In this document: positions 41,601 to 56,600 of the stretch, one piece after another
Position numbering within the stretch: the stretch's first letter is position 1
Layout of the letters: each line of letters begins with the position of its first letter
Source: Lytechinus pictus
Taxonomy: Eukaryota
Direction: 5' to 3'
DNA: 64,000 nucleotides
NCBI RefSeq assembly: GCF_037042905.1
Contig: NC_087252.1
Location: 10,666,001 to 10,730,000, forward strand
Notes under the pieces: model-generated
What the model was told of the DNA's origin: nothing
The model's database searches: none
The model's input: only the letters and a program-made list of their open reading frames with translations
Made by a program: the position numbers and the translations under genes

Positions 41601-44600
41601 TATTAACTGGAACCGGTTAGGTAACTGGAAAGTTGGGTAACTGGAATTGGAACCAGTTGGATAACTGGAAATCCTAACTGGAACCAGTTGGGTAAATGGA
41701 AATCCTAACTGGATCCATTTTGGTAACTGGAAATGACTTTCAATTGGTTTCCAATTGGAAATTTTCCAGTTACCCAAATGGATCCAATTGAAATAAGTTG
41801 ATTTGCATATTATCGGCCAATCTGTACAGATTAATGTTTTATGTGATTCATCATCATTTACAATGTATCTATTTATTTCCTTTCATTCCCAAGTACCTCA
41901 CTTGTTTAAGATGAATATTTAGAAAAGTTAACAGTGAAAAACATGTTCATAAATATTATAGATTAATTTTTTTAACAGATTAAAAGATAATTAGTACACC
42001 AATATCTATTACCACATCACATCAAATACAAATACATATATTCGAAGCTCCTCCATACAAATATATAATGTATGGGATTCTAAATTTTATTAATGCCCTT
42101 TACATGGGTATTAATAAACATATAACAATGCTTTTGTGGTGGCATGAGCAATAGTTAATACAAATGCTAATCAATTTGTAAGTAATTAAGTTCATTCGAA
42201 CTGGTTTCAACTGGAACCAATTGAAACCAGTTCTCTCCAATTGGTTTTAACTGGAACAAATTGAAACCAGTTGCCTCCAATTGGTTTCAGCTGGTATTAA
42301 TAGGGAAATTGGAACAACTGAGATGTAGTTGCCTAATTGATTTCAGCTGGAACCAATTGAAACCAATTGCCAACTGGTTCCAGTTGCCCAATTGGTTTTA
42401 ACTGGAACCAATTGGCCACTGGTTTCAATTGGAACCAGTTGTACCAATTTCCCTATTAAAACCAGTTGGCCAACTGGTTTCAATTGGTTTTTGCTCTAAT
42501 TGGTTTCAACTGGATTTTGGTCCTGGGTTGTCATGCTTTGATACGTACCACATCCATTCCAGGAATGTTGGCATGTAGTCGAAGGTGGACTTTAATCTCC
42601 TTTTGTTCTCTTATTCTATCTGGAATATACGGTGTGCACAAAAGTCGGTGTCTAACCACATGTTGCTCAAGAGGAATTAGAACCCACCAATTTGCAGTGT
42701 GTGAGATGTACAGCTCAAGATGGCTTTTGCAGACCCTGCAATGTGGTGGCTTGTCGGGAGAGTTGGACGATCTCTTTCGTGTGGTTTTTGGTAGATCTGG
42801 GTATGATAATTGGTAATGTTTTTAGAGGAGTTAGTACGTAAAGGCAACAATCAACCACAAACCCTGGGGAGGCGCGGGGGGGGGGGGGGGTTATTACACC
42901 CACAAATGGAATAATCGCCCATAAATGTAATAACGCCCACAAATGTAATAACACTTTACCCACAAATGTAATAATTTCACCCACAAATGTAATAATGACT
43001 TTACCCACATATGTAATAATTTTTGATCGCCCACAAATGTAATAAATTTGAAGGGATTTTTGGCGAATCCGTTCTAAACTAAAATCCTATAGTAATGCGT
43101 TCATATAGCACAAAAGTGCAAAGTCTTTTTTTCAGACCCGGTTAATGAAACATTATAGTCCAAGTCCAAAGTCTTTTTTCCAGACCCGGTTGTTTAAAAA
43201 ATTATAATATACGTCCAAAGTCCTTTTTCCAGACACGGTTGTTTAAAAAATTATAATATAAACCCAAGTCTTTTTTCCAGACCCGGTTGTTTAAAAAAAA
43301 TTATAGTATAAGTCCAAAGTCTTTTTTTCAGACCCGGTTGTATCAAGAATTATAATATAATTTAACCTTTGCATCATCCAATAGGCTTACCATTTACTGG
43401 ATCCCATTCATATGACACGATATCTGGCTATTACACCCACAAATGGAATAATCGCCCATAAATGTAATAACGCCCACAAATGTAATAACACTTTACCCAC
43501 AAATGTAATAATTTCACCCACAAATGTAATAATGACTTTACCCACAAATGTAATAAATTTGAAGGGATTTTTGGCGAATCCGTTCTAAACTAAAATCCTA
43601 TAGTAATGCGTTCATATAGCACAAAAGTGCAAAGTCTTTTTTTCAGACCCGGTTAATGAAACATTATAGTCCAAGTCCAAAGTCTTTTTTCCAGACCCGG
43701 TTGTTTAAAAAATTATAATATACGTCCAAAGTCCTTTTTCCAGACACGGTTGTTTAAAAAATTATAATATAAACCCAAGTCTTTTTTCCAGACCCGGTTG
43801 TTTAAAAAAATTATAGTATAAGTCCAAAGTCTTTTTTTCAGACCCGGTTGTATCAAGAATTATAATATAATTTAACCTTTGCATCATCCAATAGGCTTAC
43901 CATTTACTGGATCCCATTCATATGACACGATATCTGGCTTTACTTCATCTGGGTTGGTGACTAGTGCGGCATGTGGTATCCTGATCTTAACAGGTTTAAG
44001 GAATATGATGTTTGGAGGATCACATCTGACCCCATAGCAGGCTACTGATTCATCATCCTGGATGTCAACACAAGGAGGGTCCCGTAGAAGGGTAAGGGTG
44101 ATCTTTTGTGATTCACCCAGATGTACAGCCTTGGGTGGAATGAACATTGATACGCCATGGTCCTCGAGTGAAATCTTCTGAGAGAGATCTTCTTCGACTT
44201 TGACGCAGCATACAGAAGGTCCCGGTTGTTTTTCTGTTTTGTAAATAACCATTAAGTCGAAAATATCATTTTGATAAAAGTAATTTTGATAATTCAATCA
44301 AGCAATATCAATAGTTTCTTGCTCGTAACTAATGTAACATTAAACATTAAATTTGCCACGCCCCAGTAAGAAGAAGTGATTTTCAAGCCTTCATGGTATT
44401 TTTTTCCAGGTGCATGATGGATCCCAAAATAGCCATAAACTTTTTATCATGATATACGAACCCATTTCGAATTATTTATCGAGCTTAAAGTCATTAATGT
44501 ATCATTATTTTTCGACTTATTAAACAATGACAAACTCTTTATTGATTACAACAAGTAAAGTGCTGTCGTGGTTTACATGGAAATATATCAGTGAAAAAAC

Positions 44601-47600
44601 AAACGAAAAAAAAAAAAACATCAAAAGTCATAAAATATAGGCAGCAGAATAATTATTGCAACCTATCTATCTTACCTAATTAATACGAATTAACACAAAA
44701 TCAATTTGTGAAGTAATTTTGTGCGTTACGCACATGCAAGACAGACAGCCGGAATGTGATCGTCATCTATAAACTACCTTAACTAATGAAAAAGATATAT
44801 ATGGGATCAATAAACTAGAATTTGTAAAGTAACGTACATAAATGCCGTTTTTCTGTCCGGAATCTTTGCTGACTTTATCATCACCCCCTCCTATTAAGTT
44901 AGTCGTCAAAGTTATGATATTCTCAAGCATTTAGGGTTAATAATGTCACGTTGATGATTGTGATCATAACATTATTGACTAATGAAAATTCATTATGGGG
45001 TTACAGTAGGCAATTAAACCTACTTCACAGTTTTGTAGAAAGAGTTCCTACCTCGGTAAGACTTGATGTCTTCAAGGGAATTCAACCTGAAAAAAAAAAA
45101 TCACTTGCCATATTATTGCCAAAAATCATTATTTTGTTTTATTACAAAGTTCTTTTTGAAAATTGTTCATAGTTATCAAATGCTTTGTTCATTTCGAGCT
45201 TATATTTTTTAACTAAAAAATATGCCAACGGTCATTATTTTGATAGAAGAAAGGAGTGCTGTTAATCATTTTGACTTTTATTTTGTCGTTTCTAGGAATT
45301 ACATTGGATAATATTTTAGAATTGAAAACAAAACTTTATTCTCTATTTTAGCAAAGAATTAAAGGCAGATTTTTTTTTATTTTTTTTTTTTTGGGGGGGG
45401 GAGAAAGTATAATCACATGGGATTTGATGTAAAATTGTGTCGAAATATGCTTACTTTGAGTCTTTAATGTTCTTTTTCATAATTGTTCTTCATTTATATC
45501 CTTAATGTAAATCATGTATATTAGACGGGTCAATATATGGTTTGACCCGGAACAAATTGCAACAAATGATTTTTCAACGGTATTTTGTACTATTTGACCT
45601 CAGGAATAACATACTAAAAATCTACCAAAATCCGCATCCGGGAAAATTGTTATTTTCAAGATGGCGTCCAAGATGGCCGCCATTCACTAAAAATGGATAT
45701 AACTCACTCATTATCCACCCTAGAATCATATTTGGGTTCATATTCCATGGTCCAATGGGTAAAATAATGTATTTATACAAGTTAGAGTGAATATTAGCAC
45801 CCCAGGGTACCAGGGAAATCCAAGATGGCGCCCAAAATGGCTGCCGTAGTCTAAAAAATCCACAATTCATCTATTACTTACCTAAGTGGCTTTAATTTGG
45901 TTTCCATTCAATTGTTTTAATGATGAAGTAGTACGTCGGGACAAGTTACAAGGACAGCCAGTGGTCTGGTGTGTCTAAAAATACAAGATGGCTTCCAAAA
46001 ATTGAGTTTAAAATAGCTATTAAACCTTAAAATGGACATAACTCATATCACATCCACTTGAGAGATATGATTTCGTTGTCTAGACCATTGTTTCAATGGT
46101 CAAATAATATATTGGGACAAGTTACAAGGACAGTGAGTGGTCCGGTATGTTAAAAAATCCAAAATGGCTTCCAAAAATGGAGTGAAAAATGCTGTTGCTA
46201 CTAAAAACACCCAACATAGTTTGTTCAATATCCGGGAATATGATTTTTTTTGCCTATACCATGGTTAATTGGGTCAATAATAAATTGGGATCAGCTACAA
46301 GGACGATTGGTGGTCAAGTATGTCCAAAAGTCCACGGTGGCTTAAAAAATAGTATCAATCAGCCGCGATGGTATTTAAAAATGGACATACATGTAGTTCA
46401 TGTTTTATTCGTCAAGGGCATATGATTTTGTTGCCTATATCATGGTTTCAAAAGGCAGAAAATTAGTTACAAGGACAGTCAGTGGTCCAGTATGTCGAAA
46501 ATCAAAGAAAGCTTCCAAAAATTGGAGTCTAAAATGACTCTTGCTACTTTAAAAATGGACATAGTTCATTTAAAATCCACCTAGGAGATATAATTTGGGT
46601 GTCCACACTATGGTTTCATGGTTAAAATAATACGTTTGGACTGGTTACATTGATTTGCAGTTGTCTAGTTTGCCTAAAACACAAGAGGGTTTTTAAAAAA
46701 GGAATATAAAACGACTCATATCATTCAATAGTGGTCAGAGTTCTACAATATTCATCTGCAAGAAATAATGTTGGTGTCCAAATTGTGGTATGAAGGGTCA
46801 AATAATACATTCGGACAAGTAACAAGGATGGTTAGTACTCCATTTTGTCAAAGAATCCATGATGGATTCTAAAATTTCATCAAAATGGGTGCTGTTATCA
46901 ACTCATGAAGCAATATGATAACTTGTCCCCATGCTTTTAAGTGTAGGCACCAAGATTATTTCTAACAGGTAGATATTTTATGGAGCAGTAGTCACTTTAC
47001 ATGCTTTAGAACCCATTTTTAAGTCAACTTGGATTTTAAGGCAAAATGGATAGCTGCATATCATGGTAACCAGTCCCAAAGTATTGTTTGACCCTTGAAA
47101 CCCTTGTGTAGACACCAACATAATATACCAAAGGTGTATTTGTAATGTTCTACATCCACTTTTACGTAACAGCAGTCATTTAAGACCCCCATTTTTAAAG
47201 CCATCTTTGATTTTTGGACATACCTGACACCTGACTGTCCTTACTCTGCATACTTTTAAGTAGCAACAGTCAATTTACACCCCATTTTTTTGAAGTAATC
47301 TTGGATTTTTTAACATACAGACACCTGACATGGTCTAATAACTTACCCTAGTATATTACTTGACCCTTTTAAACCATGCTTTTAACACCAAAGTCATATT
47401 CCCCAGACAGATATTAAACAAACTATGTCCTTTTATAAGTAACATCAGACATTTCTTACTCCATTATTGGAAGCCATCTTGTAATTTTGGACATACTAGA
47501 CCACTGACTGCCATTGTCTTGTTCTTATATATAATTTAACCCTTGAAACCATAGTTTAGACACCGAAATCATATCTCACAGGCGGATTTTAAATGAGCTA

Positions 47601-50600
47601 TGCAACTTTTAAGTATCAACAGCAATTTCAGAATCAAGTTTTGGAAGCCATATTGGATTTTTGGTCATACCAGACCACTGACTGGCCTTAAAACCTGTCC
47701 TAACGTATTATTTTGACCCTTAAATCAGTGGTTTAGACACCAAAATCGCATCTCCCATGCCGATATGAAATAAGCTATGTCCGCTTTAAGTAGCAGCAGT
47801 CAATTTAGAATCAATTTTTGGAAGCCAACTTAGATTTTTGGACAAACCAGACCATTGACTTTCCTTTTAACTTATCCTAAAATATTATTTGACCCTTGAA
47901 ACCAGTGGTTTAGACATCAAAATAAAATATCCCAGGTCAAAATGAAATGGGCTATGTCCGCTTTAAGTATTAGCAGCCATTTCAGAATCGATTTTTAGAA
48001 TCCATCGAGGATTTTTGCACATACCAGACCAGTGACTTTCCTTGTAACTTGTCCCAATGTATTATTTGTACCATTTAAGCATGGTATAAGACACAAAAAT
48101 CATATTTCTGGACAATGAGCAAACTATGTCGGATTTTTTAAAGTAGCAACAACAATTTTCGACCCCATTCTTGGAAGCCATCTTGGATTTGGAACATACT
48201 GGACCACTGACTGTGCTTGTAACTTGTCCCTAATGTCTTATTTGACCATTGAAATCATGGTCTAGACACCAAAATCATTATGTCACAGGTGGATATGAAA
48301 TGAACTATGTCCATTTTAATTATCAACATCCATTTTAAACTCCATTTCTGGAAGCCATCTTGGATTTTTGGACACACCAGACCACTGGCTGTCCTTGTAA
48401 CTTATTTCAATGTAACATTTCACCATTAAAACCATTGAATAAAAAACAAATTTAGATAAATTGTGGACTTTCAGCCTACGGCAGCCATTTTGGGCGCCAT
48501 CTTGGAGTTGCCTGGTACACTGGAGGGCTTATAATTCATTCTAGCCTAAATCAATTTTTGTATCCCCAGACCATTGAATATGAACCGAAATAGGATTCTA
48601 GAGTGGATTATGTGTCAGTTGTATCCATTTTCAGTGAATGGCGGCCATCTTGGACGCCATCTTGAAAATAACCACTTTCCCGGATGCGGATTTTGGTAGA
48701 TTTTTAGTATGTTATTCCTGAGGTCAAATAGTACAAAATACCGTTGAAAAATCATTTGTTGCAATTTGTTCCGGGTAAGGCTATCTTTGGTCGTATATTG
48801 ACCCGTCTATATACCGAATTGTAAATACTGAATAGATAAGGTGACTCAAATAAGGATTAAAGAAAAAATACCTTGTCAATATCATCTGTTTGACCACTTC
48901 ATCCTTGGCATAATGGATTGGTTGCTTGCCTGACTTATCTTCCACATCTATCTTGGCTCCATTTTCAAGAAGATAGAACACTAAGGCCTTTCCGGGAGAA
49001 AGTTCTCCACCGTAAAACTCAGCAGAAATCTGCAACTTTCAAGAAATATGCCTCTAGCTGAAAACTATTAAGAGTGCCCAAGTTACAATGTTGACATCCA
49101 TGTACAAACACTAGTGTGCAAATTGCCCTGATGTTTTTCAGTAAGAAACGCTTGAGAATGCAATCAAGAGCTGCTCAAAATGTCATAGGTAACTGTAATC
49201 ATGAAACTAGCAATGGCACCACCTAATGAAGAATTTATCTTGGCCAAGTATTGAACAAAGGCGTGATTATTTTCTAGCCACCCTAATGTCATCACGTCTG
49301 TGTAACGAAATTGAAATGGTATTCATCTCACGAATTTGATACTAGAAATGCCGGTTCCCTCAAAGTAGTTATACCAAAATGTGACAGAATTGTTTTAACA
49401 AACGATCAAATGTGCCGGTGCGAAAGTCTGGAATGAACTCCCCAATAATTTGCAAAACTCTAATTCCGGAAACAGCTTCAATTCGAAAAAATACATTGTT
49501 CCTAAATGCTTAAGCGACCTCCCCCTCGTAAATGAATTTAACATAACCGTTCTGTTGTTTACTTATGTAATTTCCATATCCTCGTGTTAACATTTCTTTC
49601 TTTTGAACTGATTGTAGTTATAATTGTTCGATTGCTTCAATTTCTTTATTTTATTTACGCTTCATTATTTATCTAAGATAAGATACAGTCTTGATTTACA
49701 CGTATATGTAACATATATGTATTTAGTCTTTTACGAGAAAATATCATGAGTACATAATATTTTTATACAGGACCAACATGAGCTTGATATGTTGTTTTCA
49801 TATATTTGAATAAATAAAAATATAGTTTGTAAAGTTTTCAAATATATGAAAGGTGCAAAATAATATGAGAATAGCTCTCATATGCAGGATGAATTGTCTT
49901 TGTTATATAACTGCCTTGTTAAACTGTAGAGTACTATGAACACCCTAAAGATCCTCTTCAGACAAACATAACGTTATGATTTGTTCAGCAGCGTCAGTGA
50001 GATAATGTTTATTGACACTTTCAGCACTAATCATCTTGCACATGGGCCAATTGTAGGCTAAAAATGTTCAGTGTTACTCACATTCCTAAGTGTGTCACTA
50101 TATTGTACACTTCTCTCTGTCCTGTAGCAAAGTTTGATTGCTTCATGAAGACACGTCTGACCGTCTACTGACTGGACATTAAGATCTGCTCCATGATTGA
50201 CTAGATCCTCAACATCAGAGGTATGACCGCCTTGTATCGCGTGATGAAAATGACTCCGGGTGACCTGGGCATAGAGAATGTTTATCTCATATTACCATAA
50301 GGATTAACGAAGACGTGTTTTTAAGCATTTTTTTTTTTTTGGGGGGGGGGGGAGGGGAGGGGGAATGCCTACTCTTACATTATTGCATCAAGTACACCCA
50401 AGAACTTTTTTATTTGAATTAATAGAGAAAATATCAAACAAACATACATTTAATACTGAAAAGTTCTTCAAAGTCGGATGTAAAATAAGAATGGTTATCA
50501 CATTAAAATTTTTCGCTTTTTTCGTTTGTTACAAAATAAGTTATGCCAAACTCAATAATATATATAAAAAAATCAATGGCATCCCTCATTTTGAATTCAT

Positions 50601-53600
50601 TGATTTAATAATACAATATTCCATTTTTCTTCACAGATTTGACAATAAGGACAAAATTTACTAAACAACAGACTAATAAAAATGGTTAATTTAACATGTC
50701 CAGGGAGCTTTTTTTCACATGACAATGAGGAGAAAATTAAAATATCACATAATCATCATTCCAAAGATACGATAAGGGGAAGATCGGACACTTCGGAGAA
50801 TTTTCAAAACGCTTGGGTAATATTCATGGGGAAGGGCGCCCAATAGCGTTGAGTAGGTAAATATTTCGCACATCGGCACGCTGCTGTGTATGAAACATAT
50901 GGGGGAAATGAGAGAATTGGGAGAAGGTACAAGGGCAACGAATGTGGACAATTTCACCTTTTATTACCCAGAAACCTCTCAAATATATTCATCTGTACTT
51001 TAAGGTTTAAAAAAAATTGAAGGAAAAAAAAATCCTGAAATGTAAATATCGTCTATTCCTTCACCGCTTCACCATTTCTCTCATAAGTTTTTCACACAAC
51101 ATTATCGGGATACGGAAAGGTAAAAAATGGTCGTTATATATTTAACGATGTATGGCACTCATCTCGAGCGTTTCATTGCGCGCCCTTTGTCCGGTCTGAT
51201 CGTTGTATTATATAATAAATCGAAAAGTGACTGGGTGATGTTTCAGTCCCCTCATCTGCATACCGACCAGGATGTAAATAAATTATGCGAATCTTTTGAA
51301 TGCCATAACTTATTCCTATTTATATTACATTTTGATGAAATTCTATACTTGTTTGATTTAAATCTTTATTAAAATCAAATTTTGTTGTGGTAGACTTGGA
51401 CGAGAAAATTGTACTGAGGCACATATTTTGTGCTTGAAGTTTTGTTTGAACTTTCATCTGATGTTTGATGTATTATTGTATTGTGTTTAAATCTAGTATA
51501 TAACGATGGAGTAAATTGGATCAATTTTGGTAATAAGAAATTCAAAACTGATATTAAACTGAATATCAGTACATAACAGTAGAAGAAGTGTTATTAGTAT
51601 ATTAAAGATCTTACCTCGGACGTGGAACATGTGACTAAACTCTCAGCGATATTTTGGAACCCAGGCAGCAAAGTGGGCTCTAGAGGAATCGTTCCGTGGA
51701 TTTCGTCTACCTCAGGACGTGCTCTTGGTGACTGGAGATCAGCAACGATATCACGGCGATCATCCTGAACGGTAGAGAGTACTGTAGCACCGCCATAAGC
51801 CATCCATTTGTCTGTTTTCGCTCCTCGACTTATCAAGTATTCCATAACTTCAACATGACTATTCTGGTCAGTAAATCGCAATGCAGTCTGACCATCACTA
51901 TCTTCTCTGTTCACGTCAGCTCCTCGACTAATGAGATATTTGGAAACATGAAGATGACCATTCTGAGCTGCAAGGTGTAATGCAGTCAAATCAGTATTAT
52001 CCCCTCTATTCACTTCAGCTCCTTGACTGGCGAGATATTTGGCTACATCAAGACGATCAATCTTAGCTGCTATATGTAATGCAGTCCTACCAATATTATC
52101 CCCTCTATTCACTTCAGCTCCATGACTGACGAGATATTTGGCTACATCAAGATGACCATTCTCAGCTGCACTGTGTAATGCAGTCCCACCAGTTATATTC
52201 TGTGTATTCACTTCAGCTCCTAGATGGATGAGATATTTGGCGACAGCAAGATGACCATTCTGAGCTGCAAGATGTAATGCAGTCCTACCAATATTATCCC
52301 CTCTATTCACTTCGGCTCCTTGACTGACGAGATATTTGGCTACATCAAGATGACCATTGTCAGCTGCACTGTGTAATGCAGTCCCACCAGTTATATTCTG
52401 TGTATTCACTTCAGCTCCTAGATGGATGAGATATTTGGCGACAGCAAGATGACCATTCTGAGCTGCAAGATGTAATGCAGTCCTACCAATATTATCCCCT
52501 CTATTCACTTCAGCTCCTTGACTGGCGAGATATTTGGCTACATCAAGACGATCAATCTTAGCTGCTATATGTAATGCAGTCCTACCAATATTATCACCTT
52601 TATTCACTTCAGCTCCTTGACTGACTAGATATTTGGCTACATCAAGATGACCATTCTCAGCCGCACTGTGTAATGCAGTCCCGCCAGTTATATCCTGTGT
52701 ATTCACTTCAGCTCCTAGATGGATGAGATATTTGGCGACAGCAAGATGACCATTTTGAACTGCAAGATATAATGCAGTCCTACCAATATCATCGCCTCTA
52801 TTCATTTCAGCTCCTTGACTGATGAGGTATTTGGCAACTTCAAGATGCCCATTCTCAGCTGCACTGTCTAATGCAGCAATTCCATTCTTATCCCTTCTAT
52901 TCACTTCAGCTCCTTGACTGATGAGATATTTGGTGACATCAAGATGACCATTATGAGCTGCAATATTTAATGCAGTCCAACCATCTGTTTCCCCTATATT
53001 CACATCAGCTCCTTGACTGATGAGATATATGCTAACATTAAGGTGACCATTATGTGCTGCAATGTGTAATGCAGTCCAACCAGTATCATTACCTCTATTC
53101 ACTTCAGCTCCTTGACTGATGAGATACTTGATGACACCAAGATGACCATTACGTGATGCAATATATAATGCAGTCAAACCAGTATCATTGCCTTTATTCA
53201 CTTCAGCTCCTTGATTAATGAGAAGTTGGATGACATTAAGATGACCATTCTCTGTTGCAAGGTGTAATGCAGTCAAACCAGTATCATTCTCTCTATTCAC
53301 CTCAGCTGCTGGACCGATGAGATATTTGATGATATCAGGATGACCATTCTTTGCTGCAATGTGTAGTGCAGTCAAACCAGTAACATTCCCTCTATTCACG
53401 TCAGCTCCTTGACTGATGATATATTTGGTGACATCAACATGACCATACTCGACTGTACTGTGTAAGGCGGTCGAGCCATTATTATCTCTTTTATTCACAT
53501 CGGCTCCTTGAGTGATGAGATATTTGGTAAGATCAAAATTACCATTCTCAGCTGCAATGTGTAATGCAGTCAAATCAGTATTATTCCCTCTATTCACTTC

Positions 53601-56600
53601 AGCTCCTTGGCTGATGAGATATTTGGAGACATCAAGATAGCCATTATGTGCTGCAATGTGTAATGCAGTCGAACCGGGATCATTCCATCTGTTCACTTCA
53701 GCTCCTTGACTGATGAGATATTTGATGACATCAAGGTGACCGTTCTGAGCAGCAATATATAATGCAGTACTTCCATTAGTATCCCCTGTATTCACTTCAG
53801 CTCCTAGACTGATGAGATGCTTGGTGACATCAAGATGACCATTCTTAGCAGCAATCTGTAATGCAGTCCAACCATCTTTTTCCCCCCCTCTATTCACATC
53901 AACTCCTTTACTGATGAGATATGAGATAACATCAAGGTGACAATTATGTGCTGCAATGTGTAATGCAGTCCAACCAGTATCATTGACTCTATTTACTTCA
54001 GCTCCTTGACTGATGAGATTTTTCATGACGTCAAGATGACCATTCCGGGGTGCACTGTATAATGAAGTACTTTCATTATTATTCCGTCTATTCATCTCAG
54101 TTCCATGACTGATGGGATGCTTGGTGACATCAAGAGGACCATTCTGAGCAGCAATATGAAATGCAGTCCAACCATCTTTTCCCCCTCTATTCACATCAGC
54201 TCCTTGACTGATGAGATACTTGGACACACCAAGATGACCATTCTGAACGGCAACGTGTAATGCAGCCCAACCATCTTTCCCCCCTCTATTCACATCAGCT
54301 CCTTGACTGATGAGATGTCTGGTGACATCAAGATGACCATTCTGAACTGCAATGTGTAATGCGGTCCTACCAGTCTCATTCTCTTTTTTTACCTCAGCTC
54401 CTTGACTGATGAGATGTTTAGTCACATCCAGATGGTTATTCTGAGCTGCAATGTGCAGTGCAGTCCATTTAGTATTATCCCCTCTCTCAACTTCAGCTCC
54501 TTGACTGATGAGATGTTTGGTGACATCCAAATGACCATTCTGAACTGCTTTGTGTAATGCAGTCCAACCATCTTTCCCCCCTCTATTCACATCAGCTCCT
54601 TGACTGATGAGATTTTTGGTGACATCAAGATGACCATTCTGAGCTGCAATGTGTAATGCAGTCCATTCAGAATTATCCTCTGTGTCCACTTTAGCTCCTT
54701 GACTGATGAGATATTTGATGATATCAAGATGACCATTCCTAGTAGCACTGTGTAAAGCAGTCAAACCAATATTGTCCTCTCTATTCACTTCAGCTCCGTG
54801 ACTGATGAGATATCTGGTGACATCAAGATGACCATTCTCAGCTGAACTGTGTAAGGAGGTCGAGCCCTCACTATCTCTTTTATTCACATTTGCTCCTTGA
54901 CCGATGAGATATTTGGTGACATCAAGATGACCATACTCAGCCGCACAGTCTAATGCAGTCAAACCAGTATCATTCCCTTTATTCAGATCAGCTCCTTGAC
55001 TGATGAGATATTCGATGACTTCCAGATGGCCATTCTGACCTGCAATTTGTAAAGCAGTCCATTCAGTGTCATCCCCTCTGTTTACTTCAGCTCCTTGACT
55101 GATGAGATATTTGATAACATCAAGATTACCATTCTTAGCTGCATCCTGTAATGCGGTCCAACCAGTATTCCCTCTATCTACTTCAGCTCCTTGACTGATG
55201 AGATATTTGATAACATCAAGATGACCATTCCTAGCTGCGCTGTGTAATGCAGTCACACCAATATTATCCTCTCTATTCACTTCAGCTCCATGACTAATGA
55301 GATATTCGCTGACATCAAGATGACCATACTCAGCTGTACTGTGTAAGGCGGTCGAGCCATCATCATTTCGTTCATTCACATCAGCTCCACGACTAATGAG
55401 ATATTGGATGACATGAAGACGCTCATTCTTGCAAGCGATGTATAATGCGGTATTTCCATTATTATTCCCTTTATTTACTTCAGCTCCTTCACTAATGAGT
55501 ATTATGATGACACCAAGATGACCATTCAGGGATGCAATATATAATGCAGTATTTCCATCATTATTCCGTTTATTCACCTTAGCTCCTTGACTGATGAGAT
55601 GTTGGGTGACATCAAGATGACCATTCAAAGCTGCATAGTGTAATGCAGTCAAATCAGTATTATTCCCTCTATTCACTTCAGCTCCATGGCTGATGAGATA
55701 TTTGGAGACATCAAGATGGCCATTTTGTGCTGCAATGTGTAATGCAGTCGAACCGGGATCATTCCATATGTTCACTTCAGCTCCTTGAATGATGAGACAT
55801 TTGATGACATCAAGATGACCGTTCCCAGCTGCATAGTGTAATGCAGTAAAACCAGGAGCATCCTTTCTATTCACGTCAGCTCCTTGACTGATTAAATATT
55901 GGGTGACATCAAGATGACCATTTTGAGCTGCCCTGTGTAATGCAGACCAATCAGTATGATTCGTGCTATTCACTTTAACTTCTTCACTACTAAGATACTT
56001 GGTGACATCAAGATGACCATTCCCAGTTGCATTGTGTAATGCAGTCAAACCAGTAGCATCCTTTCTATTCACGTCAGCTCCTTGACTGATGACATATTTG
56101 GTGACATCAAGATGACCATTTCCAGCTGCATAGTGTAATGCCGTCAAACCAACATCATTCCCTTTATTCACTTCAGCCCCTTGACTAATGAGATGCTTGG
56201 TTACATCAATATGACCATTCTTAGCTGCACTGTGCAATGCAATGCACTCACTATTATCCCTTTTATTCACTTCAGCTCCTTGACTGATGAGATATTTGGT
56301 GACATCAAGATGACCATTCTGAGCTGCACTGTGTAATGCAGTACATTTAGTATCATCCCCTATATTTACTTCAACTCCTTGACTGATGAGATATTCGGTG
56401 ACATGAAGATGACCATTCCAAGCTGCATAGTGTAATGCAGTAAAACCAGTATCATCCCCTATATTTACTTCAGCTCCTTGACTGATGAGATGTTTCGTTA
56501 CATCAAGATGACCATTCTTAGCTGCACTGTGTAATGGAGTCCAAACGGTGTCATCCCCTCTATTTACATCAGCTCCTTGATTGATGAGATGTTTGGTCAC

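Noticed and set aside
45024..45051. Longer exon 4 using the GTAGGT donor at 45023
   Set aside because: It gives phase 2, incompatible with the phase-1 acceptor of the ZU5 exon.
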